A stretch of 64,000 nucleotides of DNA from positions 39,184,001 to 39,248,000 of the forward strand of contig OZ024746.1 of assembly GCA_964016885.1 (NCBI GenBank), written 5' to 3'. Origin of the DNA: Eledone cirrhosa. Taxonomy: Eukaryota. Of the stretch, positions 60,370 through 64,000 are shown piece after piece; within the stretch, counting starts at the first letter, position 1, and each line of letters starts with the position of its first letter. A model generated the notes under the pieces. The model was not told the origin of the DNA. It ran no database searches and worked only from the letters and a program-made list of their open reading frames with translations. Position numbers and translations under genes: made by a program.

Positions 60370-60742
60370 AGAGACTTAACTAGGGTATGGCAAGCATGGC
60401 ATGTGCCACAGGCACCACTTGGACTCAGAGCACCTATTAATCAGATAAGCTATTGTTGGAGAGTGAAAAAAGAAACTTCTTCAGATGTATGATCCGTCTT
60501 TGATTATCATGGGTGAGAAGCATTATGGTGGCTGGATCATTAAACCATTTATATAAATTATTTAGCCCATAAGTAAAAAAAAAAAAAAAAAATCATGTAT
60601 TATTTTCAATTTAAAACATTAACAAATATGATTGGTATATTTCAGCTAATTTTATGGTTATCTGAAAGTTGGGTGTCAGATGTTTGGGCAGGGGTGCAAT
60701 TTCACTGCTTGTCATAGGCTCATTTTGTCTAGTTACACCTCT
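60370..60742. mobile_element. Possible PIF/Harbinger-like MITE
   Basis: Ends AGAGACTTAACTAG..GGCAAGC / GCTTGTC..CTAGTTACACCTCT. Confidence 0.35.
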
Positions 60743-61727
60743 AAGTTTGCCCATGTAACTGGTGTGTCAGCATGTTTATATTTGCTTCAACCAACACTCG
60801 ACATCAATCCATAAACCAAATTCAATCCTCATTTCAAGTTCAATCACTTCATTTTCTTCACTACTGAAATCTTTTGTGGAAGGCATGAATATCAAACCAA
60901 CGTCTTATTTCTGTTTTACTATAAATCAAAATATTTAACCCAATGGCAGAGACCATTAGTTGGATGTATACAATTTCAACATAAATTCCCAAGTTAAACC
61001 TTTTGTTACCATATTTCTAATGTAAGGTCTGCCTATGGTTACCAAATAATAACTGACTTCATTAAGCTAGTGTTTAGAATATAACATTTTTGATATCAAA
61101 ATTGTGGAATGTTTTTAGATAAATATAAACAATTAAAAACAAAGTCTTTTATTCTAAAACTAAGATCAGTTTCTTATCAAAAGGGTTGTTCTATTACTAA
61201 AGTAACAGCACATTCTTCTACACCAACAGTGGGTTATTATTCTGATACTAATACTTAGTCTTAACCAACAAGTGATTTCAACAAAGCAAAAGCTCTATTC
61301 CAGCTGATCTTTACACATTAAAGACTCAAGAGAAAGATTTCCTATTTATTGCTAATAATCATGTTTCAGCATGTTTTATAACTATCTGTTTTCTCCTAGT
61401 TACACTATTTATCTCTATACAGGTGTTGGGGAAAACTTATAGCTAACTCTTCTACTTGCTGTAACAAGTAGTTCAGGATTATGTCATTTTTTGTTTTTCT
61501 TGTTTTAATATTACCAATAAGCAAAAGTGATCTATCTGTAAAGGATAGATAATAAGCTATTATCTAAAAAGTCATATTTTTTACCCACTTACTTCATAAA
61601 ACGTTTTATCAATTTTACTATTGAATGATATTGCTGGGAATTAACAAAACTTTATCTAAATTAAAGGAAAAGTATGTTTTTCAAAACAAGATTGAGGAAA
61701 GATAAAATAAGATATAGTACAAATAAT

Positions 61728-62026
61728 AATGGTTTCTACTTTTGGCACATGCCAGTAATTACCTCAGTGCATTATTATGCTCTATTTTATCGACCCTGTA
61801 AGGATGAAAAGCAAAGTTAACCTCAGAATGCAAAAGGTGATAACTCTATGCTGCAAATCATGGCGTCTGATGCTCTACCGATACTGCCAATCTTCCGCCC
61901 TTAGTACAAATAATAATTGTTCCTAATTTAGGCACGAGGCCAGCAATTTTGAGTGAGCAAAGAGTCGATTAAACCGAAACCAGAAGAAAGCATGGCAAAG
62001 TCGATCTTGGTGGGATTTGAACTCAA
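61728..62026 (-). mobile_element. Two tandem SINE family A copies (61728-61900, 61914-62026)
   Basis: Reverse-complement matches; TAGTACAAATAATAAT is duplicated at ~61716 and ~61902, consistent with a target-site duplication of the first copy. Confidence 0.75.
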
Positions 62027-62284
62027 TAATAAAGAGTACATATTGAATTCAGTTGATTTAATATAATTTTAATTTTTTTTTTTTAAGTTTAGAATAAAGT
62101 AAACAATGAAATAATAATTTTGAAAAGGTTGGTTGATAGACTTGGTTAGTTTAAAATAGGATTATGAGAGAAGACTATTAGCACACGTAGGTCAGCATTA
62201 TGGAAATAACAAAATTTTATAGTTAAAACTGAAATTAAATTTTATTTGACAATAGAATAATAAAATGTTATCTTCCAATACATA

Positions 62285-62335
<51 letters not shown>

Positions 62336-64000
62336 CCCCATGACCAATGTGGTAACTTAAAACAAAAGAAAAAAAAGATAACACAAAAACAGTGATATAT
62401 ATATATATATATCTTGCTGTGTGTATGTACAATGAAAACACTATACATACACATCTATCTCCAAGAGCTATAGGAAATAAGTAGCAGGGAACGGATGGTT
62501 GTTATTGGTAAAATCTTATGTATTTGCATTTTTCTCTTCCTCGCACACGCAAACGTTTCATTTTAATACATTCATACATCTGCAGTCAAATTAGGCAGCC
62601 TACAATATTAGGCTGTAATCGGAAATATCCAACTGAAATATCAATCCAATGATAAGACGAATTATGCACACACAAAACAGTGACATATTCAACTTCTTTT
62701 TATGAAAGTATGATTATGCTTTCATAAATGCAGTCACGTAACAGGTGCACAGCACACATACATGGGAACATATTCAATTGAAGTCTAATTCTTTCTTGCT
62801 CATTCAAATCTCACTTGAGGTTTAAAAAATAAAACACTTTCAGAGGGAAAGACAAAGATGAGTTTGAACAGCAAACTTTGGGATACTGTTATTTCAATTA
62901 TGTCAGAGAGTTATCATGGAAGAAAAGGAGGCAAGAATTAAATTTCAGCATTTTTCTTTTACTTCTTTTTATTTTTTTATGTTAAAAAAAAAAAGGGGTA
63001 GGAGGAAAGAAAGAATTTTACCAACAGGGCATGATTCTGTGTGCAAGCAAAAAAGCAAAGTGACTGCTGGATATGGCTTTAAGCAGAAAGCCATCCATCC
63101 AATCCAGTCTTCCATGCTATATAGGTTAGCACCAGGGTTTTGAATACCAAAATTGTTGATAATAAAGTTCAAAATAATTTTTAAAATTTTATTTTATTTT
63201 AATTTTATTTCTGTGTTTGTCAGCTTTAGAAAAATACAAGTTGTAGCCTTTATCAAAATAGGTTGGAATCCCCCATCATTTCTGCTTGCCTCTCGTAACT
63301 GCTCCATAACCGAGAACTCAAAAGATCAAAAGATTCAAAGATCAACAACTGATGGAAACTGTTCAGACAAAATGAAGTATAAGAGATACAGAAGTTTCTT
63401 ATCATTTCATTCAGTGATATTTTGCTCTTCTAAATATTAGCCTTCCTCATCTCTCTCTAAAACTGTGAGTGTCAATCACATATGATGAGGCATGATTGAT
63501 GATATTGGCAGTAAACATTCGGTGACATACGAAAAAAAAAACATTTATATATATATATATTTATATAAAATAAACAAGGTTTAAGAGCAGTACTGCTTTT
63601 TTGTTTTGTTTTTGTTGTTTGATTGATTGAGTTTAGCCTTCCATATAATGTTTAGTTAAAGGCTGATAAGAGGAAGCTTACTTTATAGAGAGACAAACAG
63701 AATGCCAAAAGTTATGACCTATTCGGTGGTCAAATAATGGAACTGAATTGGTAGGCATTCCTCCACTATTAACTACCCAGCCAAGGTGTGGCTGAATCCC
63801 AAATGAACACACTCACACAAAACAAGAAAAAAAAATCCCTTCGTTAAAGATATAAAAATAAATAAAACAGAAAAAAAGAATGAACCAAAACTTCCTCCAA
63901 ATCATTTTATATCTGTATTATTTCTCCACTTGATGTTATTAGTAAACACTGAACATTTCCTGTAGCTACAGAAACTGAACAGATAGCTAAGACGTAGAGA

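Noticed and set aside
62400-64000. Unique-looking AT-rich sequence with short ORFs (62916-63143, 63153-63440)
   Set aside because: No domain or splice evidence; may be intron or UTR but cannot be called.

Overview
AT-rich, repeat-saturated eukaryotic DNA with no recognisable host gene. The repeat repertoire (tRNA-derived SINEs, PHD-finger RTE LINEs with (GAT)n tails, R4/Dong, Penelope, very long (TA)n arrays) suggests a coleoid cephalopod, most likely octopus; this is inferred from repeat motifs, not from a database match. Main contents: (i) a CR1-group LINE on the minus strand (12566-16543) with an uninterrupted 1006-codon APE+RT ORF2 and an ORF1 carrying two CCCH zinc fingers, embedded in ~9 kb of TA-derived satellite. 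ORF2 has no usable ATG, sits in the -1 frame and overlaps ORF1 across two canonical slippery heptamers. (ii) Three RTE LINE copies, one near full length with a single nonsense codon. (iii) A Penelope-like RT fragment, several hammerhead-ribozyme motifs, and fold-back palindromes whose symmetry centres fall inside hammerhead helices. (iv) A non-autonomous Helitron with both termini. (v) Remnants of mariner, Merlin, hAT, piggyBac-like, R4/Dong, CRE, Vingi, Tx1 and Daphne/Jockey-like elements. (vi) A 3.3-kb compound minisatellite and a 200-N assembly gap. Most entries in the ORF track (YI/CV/TH repeats) are microsatellite artefacts. Boundaries of degenerate repeats are approximate and were read by eye.
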